From Patescibacteria group bacterium (lineage in GTDB: Bacteria > Patescibacteriota > Patescibacteriia > UBA9570), in assembly GCA_041665365.1 (NCBI GenBank), contig JBAYIY010000001.1:29041-93040 (forward strand): a stretch of DNA of 64,000 nucleotides, in the 5' to 3' direction. Every line of letters begins with the position of its first letter. Positions within the stretch are counted from its first letter, which is position 1. The notes beneath the pieces are model-generated. The model did no database searches. It saw nothing but the letters and a program-made list of their open reading frames with translations, and was not told the DNA's origin. Shown piece by piece: positions 50,757-60,478 of this stretch. The position numbers and the translations under genes were made by a program.

Positions 50757-51360
50757 AATAGGTGTATTGGCACTACAAGGTGATTTTTATGAACACTTAG
50801 TGGCCTTAAAAAAACTCAAGGTTGATGGTGTGCCAGTTCGAACAGTGTCTGATATAGAAAAAACTTCCAGTTTAATTATACCAGGCGGTGAAAGTACTAC
50901 GATTAGTAAATTATTAATCACGAGTGGTTTAAAAAACTGGATAATAAAACATGCCAAAACAGGTTATCCTATTTATGGCACCTGTGCTGGTTGTATTATT
51001 CTTGCCTCTCTTGGACTGATAGACATTTCGGTGAAACGAAATGCTTATGGCCGACAACAAGATTCTTTTGCTGAACTAATTCAATCTAAAATGTTTCCCA
51101 ACTTATCCGGTGTATTTATTCGGGCGCCGATTATCACTCGGATTGGTGCTGGTGTTAACGTGTTGGCGACACACAACGATATGCCTGTGCTCGTACAACA
51201 AAATAATATTCTCGCCGGAACATTTCATCCGGAATTAACCGATAAGGTAGATGTGCACCGCTATTTTGTCACACTGAGCGCCCAATCGGCTAAACGCTCC
51301 GCTTCACTGAAGCGTGTCCAAGAGGTCGACGCCCCCATCACTACTACAATGATATTGTGA
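50746..51360 (+). CDS. pdxT: pyridoxal 5'-phosphate synthase glutaminase subunit PdxT
   Basis: '[10 protein letters not shown]', catalytic 'GTCAG' and 'FHPE'. A ~14-aa C-terminal extension overlaps the convergent gene. Confidence 0.85.
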   Translation: MAFRIGVLALQGDFYEHLVALKKLKVDGVPVRTVSDIEKTSSLIIPGGESTTISKLLITSGLKNWIIKHAKTGYPIYGTCAGCIILASLGLIDISVKRNAYGRQQDSFAELIQSKMFPNLSGVFIRAPIITRIGAGVNVLATHNDMPVLVQQNNILAGTFHPELTDKVDVHRYFVTLSAQSAKRSASLKRVQEVDAPITTTMIL

Positions 51361-52502
51361 TCTCCATCGTGCACACGCATCGCTAAACAATACAATGCTT
51401 CATAAATAAAACCAGTTTTGCTACCGGTAATATCCAAGTTACTAGTCAACATTAAACTGTTGGTATTATTAAAATCGTGAAAATTACCGTAATTGATGGT
51501 AGTAAATTGGTAATATGGTGTGGCTGTGATGGCGGCAATGTCATCATTTTGTAAGGCCAGATTCATAAATCTGGCATAGTCACTGGCGGTAGTGATATTG
51601 CCCACATCTAAGCCAGATGGGTCGGTAAACACTGTAGCAGTTAAACCAAGTTCCTCAGCAGTATCATTCATCTTATTAACAAAATCAGATACTGAATAAC
51701 CGGCATTACCCACTAAACCATAAGCGGCATTGTTCGCTGAACCAACTAGCATCGCATTCATTAAATTATCCATGGTCATAGTTTCACCCTCAGTCACGCG
51801 TAAGAAAGCCCCTTCTTTATCATAACTACTATGATAGGTCGCCACCTTATCCAAATCGACACCGTCATTAAACAACACATAACCGGTCATTAATTTTGTC
51901 ATCGACGCCATTGAACGTTGGGTGTCGGCATTATGGTTATATAACACCGTACCAGTATCAGCATCGATGGCAATCGCCGCCGCCGCGTCAATAGCGCCAA
52001 ACTCATTAAACGGATCCGTCGTGTCAGCTGCCACTACCACTAAAGAATTTAAGGCACCCCATTGGGCTGTGACCGTCTGATCAGCTTGGCTAACTTGAGA
52101 ATCCAATTTAACCCAAGTTTGACTGCCGGTATTATAATAATAAAAGAAGCGATCATACTGATATTTTTTACCCTTGAGATGATACTGAAATTGTAAGGGT
52201 TCATTTATCCAATTAGATTCGTCTTGAATGGTGTAACTATAAACCGGTGAAATTTGTTTTAAGGTGTCAGGTAAAACCGGGAAATTTTTCACGCGCCGCA
52301 CCCACGCTTTAGTGGCGGTTTGCAAACTATTGGCTTGAATACCTAAATCTAATCGACCGCGCTCTAAAGTATAGCCAGAAGTTCTGCTACCTTGATCAAG
52401 TGTTATCTTAGTGACTGGCTGTTGTGCAAAAACAACCAATGGTAGAAAAAATAAACCAAGGCTATTTAACCAAACGACCCGGACCATTCGGATTGTAGCC
52501 AT
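51261..52502 (-). CDS. D-alanyl-D-alanine carboxypeptidase (S11, PBP5-like) with extra N-terminal domain
   Basis: Signal peptide. Motifs 'SMTK' (SxxK), 'SANN' (SxN) and 'KTGF' (KTG). ~150 aa of unassigned N-terminal sequence. Confidence 0.75.
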   Translation of the reverse strand: MATIRMVRVVWLNSLGLFFLPLVVFAQQPVTKITLDQGSRTSGYTLERGRLDLGIQANSLQTATKAWVRRVKNFPVLPDTLKQISPVYSYTIQDESNWINEPLQFQYHLKGKKYQYDRFFYYYNTGSQTWVKLDSQVSQADQTVTAQWGALNSLVVVAADTTDPFNEFGAIDAAAAIAIDADTGTVLYNHNADTQRSMASMTKLMTGYVLFNDGVDLDKVATYHSSYDKEGAFLRVTEGETMTMDNLMNAMLVGSANNAAYGLVGNAGYSVSDFVNKMNDTAEELGLTATVFTDPSGLDVGNITTASDYARFMNLALQNDDIAAITATPYYQFTTINYGNFHDFNNTNSLMLTSNLDITGSKTGFIYEALYCLAMRVHDGDHNIIVVVMGASTSWTRFSEAERLADWALSVTK

Positions 52503-52881
52503 TATCTATTTCTTCTTTGTCAGTAAAACCATCACCATCCGTATCCGCCTTGAGTGGATCGGTGCCATAACGCTTTTCATCGATGTCTCGCAAACCATCT
52601 TTATCCGTATCAAGCTCCTGTAATGGAATAGAGGAATTACTATTATTGGTATTATTTGTGTTATTCACTGGCGTGACTGACGGGATCTCTTGAAATGGAT
52701 CAAGTTCAATGTACAACCAAATACCACCGCCAATTAAACTACCCAACACCAAAACAGATATCACAACAATAATAATTTTCTGACTGGTTGTTAAACCGGT
52801 GCGTCTAAACGATTCCATGGCCGCTTGATCCGCTAACGGTACACCCGGTTTAGTTAGCGGAGCTGATTCATTAGCAAACAT
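52462..52881 (-). CDS. small single-pass membrane protein with thrombospondin-type-3-like Ca-binding repeats
   Basis: One TM helix, an Asn/Thr-rich linker 'NNTNNTNNSNSS', then 'DTDKDGLRDIDE' and 'DTDGDGFTDKEEIDNG' (DxDxDG) repeats. Confidence 0.5.
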   Translation of the reverse strand: MFANESAPLTKPGVPLADQAAMESFRRTGLTTSQKIIIVVISVLVLGSLIGGGIWLYIELDPFQEIPSVTPVNNTNNTNNSNSSIPLQELDTDKDGLRDIDEKRYGTDPLKADTDGDGFTDKEEIDNGYNPNGPGRLVK

Positions 52882-52928
52882 AGATTACAGTGTAGCATAT
52901 TAGATATATTTACGGTATACTTTATCAC

Positions 52929-54443
52929 ATGTTTCGAGACATTAAGGTAACCACAAAGATTTTAGCTATATTTGTTGTTTTAGTCATACTGATTGTTAAC
53001 TCCTGGGCGTTTACTTTTACTACCGTCTTAGATTTTAGAAATACCTTTACCACCATTCAGGATTATTCCTTCCCTAGTGTGGTAACTACAGCCGAACTAA
53101 AAGATGATGTCCACGTGGGTATGCTAGCGGTGTATACCTATATCACCACGGGTGATCCAACAAGTAAAACTCTGTATCAGGAACATTTTAATCAAGCCAT
53201 TCAAACCGAATATCGCCTCTTTCAATTATCTCAAACTAGTGCCGATTTTGAGTTTACGCAAAAATTCAACGATAAACTGCTGGATATATATAATCAAGCC
53301 GATAGTTTAGTCACTTTATATGAAAGTGAGGCACCGTCTGAGGATATCAGTAAACAATTAGCCAAACTAAATACCTCACGCGCTGAGTTTAATAATTTTG
53401 TCGAAACGACGATTACCGATCAAACCACCGCTCAAGTGACTGAAACTGGTGATACCATTTCCAAAACTGTTAACCAAACGCAATATTATCTGTTTGGGGT
53501 GTTAGTTTTTGTGGTGATCGTAATAATATTTGTCTGGTTGTTTGTTTCTAACAATATTACTAAGCCGATTCGAAAATTAACAGCCGCGGTGCAATCCTTT
53601 GGTAAGGGTGAATTTCACCGTGTTACTATCACTCATAATGACGAACTAGGATTATTTGCCAAAACGTTTAATACCATGGCTGAGAATATTCAAAAGAGCC
53701 AGGCGGCCCTCGAAGAAGAATTGGAAAAAACCAAACAACTGGATCGCCAAAAATCTGAATTTCTCTCGATTGCGGCGCACCAATTACGCACCCCGATGTC
53801 TGGCATCCGTTGGGTGAGTCAAATGTTGTATGACGGCGATATGGGTGATTTATCCGAGCAACAAAAACACCACATGGGTAATGCTCTGGAAAATATTAAT
53901 CGTATGATCTTGTTGATTAATGATTTGTTGGATGTTACTAAAATTGAAGAACAACGTTTTACTTATAAATTTGTCCATACCGACCTGGTAAAAATTTGTC
54001 AGGATCAAATTACCGCTTTAGCCCAATTAGCCAAAAATCAAACGGTCACTGTTAATTTAATTCATGAACCAGCCGGTGCCTTACTAACAGAAGTTGATGT
54101 TGAAAAAATTAGTATGGCCATAAACAATCTCATTGATAATGCCATTAAATATTCAAAAACAGGTGGCAGTGTTGAGGTTTCTTTAAGCAAACATGGTAAC
54201 ACAATTCATGGCTCAATTCGTGATCATGGCATTGGTATTCCGAAAAAATCACAAGCGGAAGTATTTACTAAATTCTTTCGCGCGCCCAACGTGTTAAAGA
54301 TTATTACTGAAGGCAGCGGTTTAGGTTTATTTTTAGCCAAAGATATTGTTGCCAAACACAACGGCAAAATTTGGTTTGAATCTGAAGAAAATATCGGGAC
54401 TACGTTTTTCTTCGATTTACCTGTGACACAATCACCTTCGTAA
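52929..54443 (+). CDS. sensor histidine kinase (HAMP-HisKA-HATPase_c)
   Basis: Two TM helices flanking a ~150-aa sensor domain, an H-box 'LSIAAHQLRTPMSGI', and N-, G1- and G2-boxes ('DNAIKYS', 'DHGIGI', 'GSGLGL'). Confidence 0.85.
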   Translation: MFRDIKVTTKILAIFVVLVILIVNSWAFTFTTVLDFRNTFTTIQDYSFPSVVTTAELKDDVHVGMLAVYTYITTGDPTSKTLYQEHFNQAIQTEYRLFQLSQTSADFEFTQKFNDKLLDIYNQADSLVTLYESEAPSEDISKQLAKLNTSRAEFNNFVETTITDQTTAQVTETGDTISKTVNQTQYYLFGVLVFVVIVIIFVWLFVSNNITKPIRKLTAAVQSFGKGEFHRVTITHNDELGLFAKTFNTMAENIQKSQAALEEELEKTKQLDRQKSEFLSIAAHQLRTPMSGIRWVSQMLYDGDMGDLSEQQKHHMGNALENINRMILLINDLLDVTKIEEQRFTYKFVHTDLVKICQDQITALAQLAKNQTVTVNLIHEPAGALLTEVDVEKISMAINNLIDNAIKYSKTGGSVEVSLSKHGNTIHGSIRDHGIGIPKKSQAEVFTKFFRAPNVLKIITEGSGLGLFLAKDIVAKHNGKIWFESEENIGTTFFFDLPVTQSPS

Positions 54444-54975
54444 TATAATCCAGTTCGATATTACACAGTTCCTCCACTAACCGTCTACTTAGGGTGGTAG
54501 TTTTTTTTGTATGAGGTATTAAACTAACTGACACTCGATCATCATTGATTGATGATATTGTTAAATTTACACCATCTATTGTCAGACTTCCTTTGAGTAT
54601 AATATATTCCATGAACTCTTTCGGTAATTGTAGTGTTAAGTTCGCATTATTTGCTAATACATTTCCAACACCATCAATATGTCCATAAACCAAATTACCA
54701 GATAAAGGCGTAGTTAAAGTTAAAGCCGGTTCAGCATTAATTTTATCTCCAACGCGCCAACTAGATACTGTAGTTAATTTCATAGTTTCGGCCATATATT
54801 CTACTGTGAAAGAACTATCTGTAATTAACGTTATAGTAGAACATATCCCATTTAATAAAATACTTTCTCCAACCGTAACTTCACCCCAGTTCGGTTTAGT
54901 CAATGTCACTGTCAAAACATCACCGTGTTGAATAGATTTAATGCTGAGCAGTTCTTTTACTATGCCTGTAAACAT
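54400..54975 (-). CDS. ribE: riboflavin synthase (alpha subunit)
   Basis: 'MFTGIV' start and the duplicated lumazine-binding half-domains. Confidence 0.8.
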   Translation of the reverse strand: MFTGIVKELLSIKSIQHGDVLTVTLTKPNWGEVTVGESILLNGICSTITLITDSSFTVEYMAETMKLTTVSSWRVGDKINAEPALTLTTPLSGNLVYGHIDGVGNVLANNANLTLQLPKEFMEYIILKGSLTIDGVNLTISSINDDRVSVSLIPHTKKTTTLSRRLVEELCNIELDYITKVIVSQVNRRKT

Positions 54976-55355
54976 AATTTTATAGCTTTAATATCAAGCT
55001 GCATTTGGTTCTGCAAACTCTCACCATCAGAAAAAGCTTGATTGGCTCTAATAAAATTTGTTAAACGAAATTCAACTCGACCAGTAATATCAACACTACC
55101 ATCAAGAATGTGCGCCTCAGCTTGACGCTCGGTTTCATTAAAAGTAATGGCCGCACCAATAAAAATGGCGGCCGAAAATTTATGTGTCTCTTTCAAAACA
55201 AAGCCGGCATAAACACCGTCTGGAATAGATGCCGTTACGGGTATATTCAAAGTCGGTACACCTAAAAGACGTCCTCGCCCACGATGCGGCTGGACGTCTC
55301 CGGTTATAGTGTACTGAACTACTTGCGCTTCAGTTCGCGCTGCACTAGTTTCCAA
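54960..55355 (-). CDS. stand-alone riboflavin kinase domain protein
   Basis: 'GRGRLLGVPTLN' RFK flavin-binding motif. At 131 aa it lacks an FAD-synthetase module. Confidence 0.65.
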   Translation of the reverse strand: METSAARTEAQVVQYTITGDVQPHRGRGRLLGVPTLNIPVTASIPDGVYAGFVLKETHKFSAAIFIGAAITFNETERQAEAHILDGSVDITGRVEFRLTNFIRANQAFSDGESLQNQMQLDIKAIKLCLQA

Positions 55356-55651
55356 TGGGTTTTAAGATCACGTTTTAGAGATTTTACCGTACCGGTACCA
55401 ACTTTCTTTTGTGCCGCATATTCATCGACAACTTGCTCCACAATTTCATCATACTTTTTTTGACTAATCTTTTTTATAACATGCACGCGTTTACTAATAT
55501 CTTTCGATAAATCAATCGCAGTATCTTTAATTTTTTTGGCAGTCAATTTACCAGATTTGGTCTGTCCAAAAAAATACGCTGCTACTCCAGCGGCTAAAAC
55601 TGCACCGACTCCTAATGTTGTACCTAATACGAGAGAACCTTTGTTGGCCAT
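55319..55651 (-). CDS. YtxH/DUF948-like small membrane-anchored Lys-rich protein
   Basis: Start moved to the internal 'MANKGS'. N-terminal TM helix 'LVLGTTLGVGAVLAAGVAAYFF' and a Lys-rich helical tail. The upstream region is AT-rich. Confidence 0.4.
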   Translation of the reverse strand: MANKGSLVLGTTLGVGAVLAAGVAAYFFGQTKSGKLTAKKIKDTAIDLSKDISKRVHVIKKISQKKYDEIVEQVVDEYAAQKKVGTGTVKSLKRDLKTHWKLVQRELKRK

Positions 55652-55688
55652 AATTTGATTTTTAATACTAATTATATAGATAGTATAT

Positions 55689-57032
55689 CTAAAGTTCAAC
55701 ACTTTGTCCAATTTCTGGCAGGCTGACGGTTTGACCGCGGCGGCGGAGAACACCGGCGAGAATTTCGGCATTTTCTGGTTCGCCGTGAGTTAACCAAATG
55801 TGTTGCGGTTTGTTAGGCATAGTATGCACCCAATTTACTAACTTGGGTTGATCGGCGTGGGCGGAATAGGCTCCGATGGCGCGTACTTTGGCATGCACGG
55901 GTACGCGATCACCATCGATGGTAACTTCTCTGGCTTTGTCTAATAATTGTCGACCCAAAGAACCTTTCACTTGATAACCAACAATTAATAATTGATTATT
56001 GGCATCGGGTAAATAATTTTTAGCATGAAAGCGTACGCGACCGCCTTGCATCATGCCGGAACCAGCCAGAATAACTTTGGGCGCCTTCACATGTAAAATC
56101 GCACGAGATTCCTCGCTGGTTGTAGTAAACTTTAACCCATTAAATTTAAACACATCGTCCCCTTTCTCTAGCAAATACTGTGTCTCTTGATTAAACCAAT
56201 CGTTATATTTAGGATAAATTCTCGTGGCTTTGATGGCTAGTGGGCTATCAATGAAAATTGGCACTGGTGGAATTTCTTTATTTTCTACCAAACCATTAAG
56301 TTCATACAAAATTTCTTGGGTGCGCTCTAGCGCAAAAGCTGGAATCAATAATGTCCCTTTCATGGTGATAGTTTCGTAGATGGCTGAAGACAGTAATAAT
56401 TTACGTTCGCGGCCGGGTTCATGGGCGCGTTGACCATAAGTTGATTCCATTACCATATAATCAGCCTGGGGTAGGGGTTCAGTTGGTTTTAGTAACGGCA
56501 CCGGTGGATTACCAACATCGCCAGAAAAGATTATGCTTTTACCACCAGCAGTTATTTTAATAAAGGCTGAACCCAACACGTGCCCAGCATCAAAAAATTC
56601 TATATTAAATGGCCCCACGGTGACTGGCTCATGATACTTTACACCATTAAACAAAGCGGTGGTCGCTAAAACATCTTCGGCCGTATAGAGTGGTGGGTAA
56701 CCAGCTTGTTCGGCGTCTAATTGAATTACATGCGCGCTATCTTCCAACATGAGAGCAGCTAAATCTAACGTCGGTAAGGTGGCGATCACTTTTCCTTGGA
56801 AGCCTTCGCGCACCAAACGCGGGATGCGTCCACAATGATCAATATGCGCGTGTGTCACACAAATGGCTGCCACGCCACTGGGATCAAAGGCAAATTTGTC
56901 ATAGTTCTTATCATCCGTAAATTGTTCTCCTTGAATCATGCCACAATCGACGAGCAATTTGGTGTTATCTTGTTCCAGTAAATACTGCGAGCCTGTCACC
57001 ATGTGGCAAGCGCCGAGAAAAGTTATTTTCAT
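55689..57032 (-). CDS. beta-CASP family MBL-fold ribonuclease (RNase J / CPSF-like)
   Basis: 'HAHIDHCG' (HxHxDH) with downstream beta-CASP motifs. 447 aa. Confidence 0.6.
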   Translation of the reverse strand: MKITFLGACHMVTGSQYLLEQDNTKLLVDCGMIQGEQFTDDKNYDKFAFDPSGVAAICVTHAHIDHCGRIPRLVREGFQGKVIATLPTLDLAALMLEDSAHVIQLDAEQAGYPPLYTAEDVLATTALFNGVKYHEPVTVGPFNIEFFDAGHVLGSAFIKITAGGKSIIFSGDVGNPPVPLLKPTEPLPQADYMVMESTYGQRAHEPGRERKLLLSSAIYETITMKGTLLIPAFALERTQEILYELNGLVENKEIPPVPIFIDSPLAIKATRIYPKYNDWFNQETQYLLEKGDDVFKFNGLKFTTTSEESRAILHVKAPKVILAGSGMMQGGRVRFHAKNYLPDANNQLLIVGYQVKGSLGRQLLDKAREVTIDGDRVPVHAKVRAIGAYSAHADQPKLVNWVHTMPNKPQHIWLTHGEPENAEILAGVLRRRGQTVSLPEIGQSVEL

Positions 57033-57589
57033 AAATAGTGTTGTTGATAATATTTGGCAAATAAACGCACGGCTTTGGCGCGATGATCGTACTTTTGTTT
57101 ATCCGTTACCCCCATTTCAGCAAACGTCCTGCTATCCCCAGTGGGAATAAATATATTATCATACGGCATGGTTATTTTTCGTGGTCCACGAATCGTTCGC
57201 ACTAATCGACCTCGACAAACTCCCCTGAACACCACCGGCTTAGCTCGAGCTGAGGCTTTAAAAGCGATGTAACTACAAAAATAGGCGTGCTGGCCAGACT
57301 TTATTAGTTTAAACAAACCCTTAAACCCTAAACTCATCGCTACATAGCGCGATAACACACCGGGAAACTGTTTATAACCAGTAAAAAAAATACCAGTATC
57401 ATCGACTAACACTGGTGCCTTTATTAGATTATAGGCTTGTTCAACTTTATGCCGCACTACTGCTTCAATCGATAAACTTTGGATTTCATCTATTTCTATG
57501 GCTTCAGGTTTAAGGCCAATGCCATACGGTTTCAAGGCCTGACTAATTTCTAGTGCCTTGAGCGGATTACTGGTAACCAACCTAATCAT
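57029..57589 (-). CDS. non-canonical purine NTP pyrophosphatase (RdgB/HAM1 family)
   Basis: 'VTSNPLKALE' N-terminus, 'VDDTG', and a C-terminal 'DHRAKA' motif. Confidence 0.7.
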   Translation of the reverse strand: MIRLVTSNPLKALEISQALKPYGIGLKPEAIEIDEIQSLSIEAVVRHKVEQAYNLIKAPVLVDDTGIFFTGYKQFPGVLSRYVAMSLGFKGLFKLIKSGQHAYFCSYIAFKASARAKPVVFRGVCRGRLVRTIRGPRKITMPYDNIFIPTGDSRTFAEMGVTDKQKYDHRAKAVRLFAKYYQQHYL

Positions 57590-58362
57590 GGCTTAATCAG
57601 CTTACCGCACATTTGACAAACACACAGTGGTACACGATTTTCTCCAATCCCGATATTATAACGTTTATTAGCTTTGCCTGAAAAAAATACCAGTAAAGTT
57701 GACCGATGCGATTGACGAATCGTGACAGTATCCCGATCTGGCACGGTGATAATTCTGTCATCGTTATCACTCACCAATAAAGCTGGCCCACGATCCACGC
57801 GAATTTTTATTATTGAATCTACCGGTAGTATCGAATGACTTAATGGAGCAATTGAGTTATTGAAGGCTACACCCATGCCTTGTTTAAAGGTGCTATGCGT
57901 AATACTTTGAAAATATCCGGCACTACCTAGTGGAGTAGATACCACTACACCATCACCTAACATCTCATCACCAAATGGTTCGTGATCTATCCAAACATGA
58001 TAGCGCAAACCACTATTTGCGGAAGCATGTGCGACCACAATATCATTTAAACCATAAATGGTTTGTTGATTATACTTGGCTTCCAGTAAGGTTTGTTCTT
58101 GTAAACTATATTGCCCTCGTACCAGTAAACGCAAAATAACTTCAGGAGCAGTGCGGGCACACGCTTGACACACGCGACTATGCCGAATCATCACCTTCGG
58201 TACCATGGGATAATGGCGCTCGGCATATAGTAAAGTACCATCACCACCATAACACAACACAAAATCCGGCTTGGATTTAACTATTTGTATATCTTTAGGA
58301 TAATGCTGCTTGATATACCGAGCCAGCTCGAGTTTTTGTAGGCCGCTGATGACTACTTTCAT
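57586..58362 (-). CDS. nadK: NAD+ kinase
   Basis: 'GGDGTLL' motif and the NADK fold. Confidence 0.8.
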   Translation of the reverse strand: MKVVISGLQKLELARYIKQHYPKDIQIVKSKPDFVLCYGGDGTLLYAERHYPMVPKVMIRHSRVCQACARTAPEVILRLLVRGQYSLQEQTLLEAKYNQQTIYGLNDIVVAHASANSGLRYHVWIDHEPFGDEMLGDGVVVSTPLGSAGYFQSITHSTFKQGMGVAFNNSIAPLSHSILPVDSIIKIRVDRGPALLVSDNDDRIITVPDRDTVTIRQSHRSTLLVFFSGKANKRYNIGIGENRVPLCVCQMCGKLIKP

Positions 58363-58383
58363 AGGTATCAGTATAGCACAACT

Positions 58384-59991
58384 TTAATCGTAAATCTCTT
58401 CGCGCTTCTCGCGCATGTAGGCAAACCAATCTTCAAACACATCGACGATCAATTTAAATGGGGCTTCAATGATGACATCTAAGATAAAGACAAAGATATT
58501 TATTTTCGAAAAATTAACTGAGAGCATGCGCCCGGAGCGCACAATTGGAATGGAAAAGAAATCGATAATGGCACTGAGCAAGCTATCGCGTTTATCTAAC
58601 ACCACTAAATCTTTGGCCATTTGGCGGACCCGTAAACCAAAGAAACTAATCAAAGTTAAGAACACCAGGAATAAAGCGATCCCGAGCCAGTTGAAATGCA
58701 CCGCCATTAACGCCAAGATTAAACCACCAAACGTAATTAAGAAAGCTAACCAATAAAATAGAGTATATAAACCATTGGCAAACCAATTGCGTGCCGTGGC
58801 CGGCCGAATGCGATAAACAATATCTTTTCCTTGATAACTATAAACGAGATCTTTTATACCCTCGATAATCTTTAAGGTATTCTCTTTGGCCGGAATGTGC
58901 ACTGCCAAAGCAATCACAAATAATAATAAGGGATGAAAAACAATGTTGACCCCCAGCGGCATATAATTTAGATGACCGTAAACTAGTAAATCGTAAGGTA
59001 ATTCAACAATTAAGGCCAAAAACATTTTAGTGACAAAAATGTAAATAATACTGCGCAAACTGGTTCGTCTTAATTTTGTTTTTACTTCTTTATACCGTTG
59101 ATTAGTCGCCTCTTCAATTACTTCAGTAAGTTTGTCTGGATTTTGTAAAATCACCATGGGATCTTCGGTTTTCAGTAACCAATCAGACAATACCACAAAG
59201 ATGATATTGATTTTACGCATCTGCCGGATCAATTTTTCTTCCAACGGATGGGCAATTTGTTTAGCAATCGTCGCTTGCACATTCAATACATTTCGGGCTA
59301 CCCGTTTAACCGTGTCTGGATTCCCCTCTTTCCAATCCGGATAAAAAAACCGTAATAAATTATAGGATGTTAAATCAACATCGTACTGCGGATAGGCTTT
59401 TAAAACAGCGGTGTAGATTAATACTTTACGTTCATCTTCGGTAATTCGTTTGGATAAAATATCAATCCGTTCCAACATGGTGGTATAAAAAAACTCAATC
59501 ATGCCATCTTTGTGCGGCGATGGCAGTAACACTTCTTCAATTTCACAAGCCAACATGGTAATACACCAATCAAAAGTCTCCTCGCGTTGCCGACCTTCTA
59601 AGGCAGGTATGGCTTGACCTAAAAAATTGGCATACTTCACCAAAACTTTCTCGACATCTCCGATGACAATTTCCGGCAGTGTATTGTTCCTAATATAACC
59701 ACCCCGGATCAGTTCAACAATGAGGGGCTTCGCAATTGAGGTTGGCTCTACTCCGGGAACAAACCGGCGTTTTAAAATCCGAACAATAGTAGATTTAATC
59801 AACAAATGTTCCTCTTTGTAATCTAGGGCATTACGCACTTTTTCATACACAAAAGCCAACCGGCTGATGGCTTCAGTAATTTTGAATTTGGGTAATACCT
59901 CGATATCTTTTCGGTGTGCCGTTTCGCGCTTGGCCGCTTTGACCAAACGTTGCACACTGAGCGGTATTGTATATGACGACGCCTCAGGCAT
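58384..59991 (-). CDS. hypothetical membrane protein (soluble N-terminal ~300 aa + C-terminal TM bundle)
   Basis: I recognise no family. There are at least four hydrophobic helices in the C-terminal half. Confidence 0.4.
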   Translation of the reverse strand: MPEASSYTIPLSVQRLVKAAKRETAHRKDIEVLPKFKITEAISRLAFVYEKVRNALDYKEEHLLIKSTIVRILKRRFVPGVEPTSIAKPLIVELIRGGYIRNNTLPEIVIGDVEKVLVKYANFLGQAIPALEGRQREETFDWCITMLACEIEEVLLPSPHKDGMIEFFYTTMLERIDILSKRITEDERKVLIYTAVLKAYPQYDVDLTSYNLLRFFYPDWKEGNPDTVKRVARNVLNVQATIAKQIAHPLEEKLIRQMRKINIIFVVLSDWLLKTEDPMVILQNPDKLTEVIEEATNQRYKEVKTKLRRTSLRSIIYIFVTKMFLALIVELPYDLLVYGHLNYMPLGVNIVFHPLLLFVIALAVHIPAKENTLKIIEGIKDLVYSYQGKDIVYRIRPATARNWFANGLYTLFYWLAFLITFGGLILALMAVHFNWLGIALFLVFLTLISFFGLRVRQMAKDLVVLDKRDSLLSAIIDFFSIPIVRSGRMLSVNFSKINIFVFILDVIIEAPFKLIVDVFEDWFAYMREKREEIYD

Positions 59992-60013
59992 ATGGGCGTC
60001 AAAGTAACATTAT

Positions 60014-60478
60014 TTAATCGGTTTGTCTAGTTTCATTATCTTTCCCTAAACGATATTCCCAAATAATCTCTAAATGATCGAAGGCCATATCGGCTTTATC
60101 TGGTAATTTATCCAGATCAAACCATTGCACAGCGGTCACTTCATCATCTGGTTCATGAATTTTTTCAATGGGTTTAACAATAAACACAAAGCTAACATTT
60201 TGTCGATCATCACCGGCACGGTTTGGCGTATCGAGCACGGTGAGTAATTCGGCTATTTCACTGGTGTAGCCAGTTTCTTCCAATACTTCACGCATAATCG
60301 CTTCTAAAGTGGTTTCGTCACGCTCTACATAACCACCCGGGATGGCCCATTTACCGCCAGCCCGCAGATGGTCAGCGCGCTTCACCAGTAGAATCTTACT
60401 TTCCTTAATCATGAGGGCATCAACTACGACATGCCTCAAATTGGCTGTGTTATTATTTTCGAAGGTACACGCAATCAT
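60014..60478 (-). CDS. NUDIX hydrolase
   Basis: Nudix box 'GGYVERDETTLEAIMREVLEETGY'. Confidence 0.85.
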   Translation of the reverse strand: MIACTFENNNTANLRHVVVDALMIKESKILLVKRADHLRAGGKWAIPGGYVERDETTLEAIMREVLEETGYTSEIAELLTVLDTPNRAGDDRQNVSFVFIVKPIEKIHEPDDEVTAVQWFDLDKLPDKADMAFDHLEIIWEYRLGKDNETRQTD

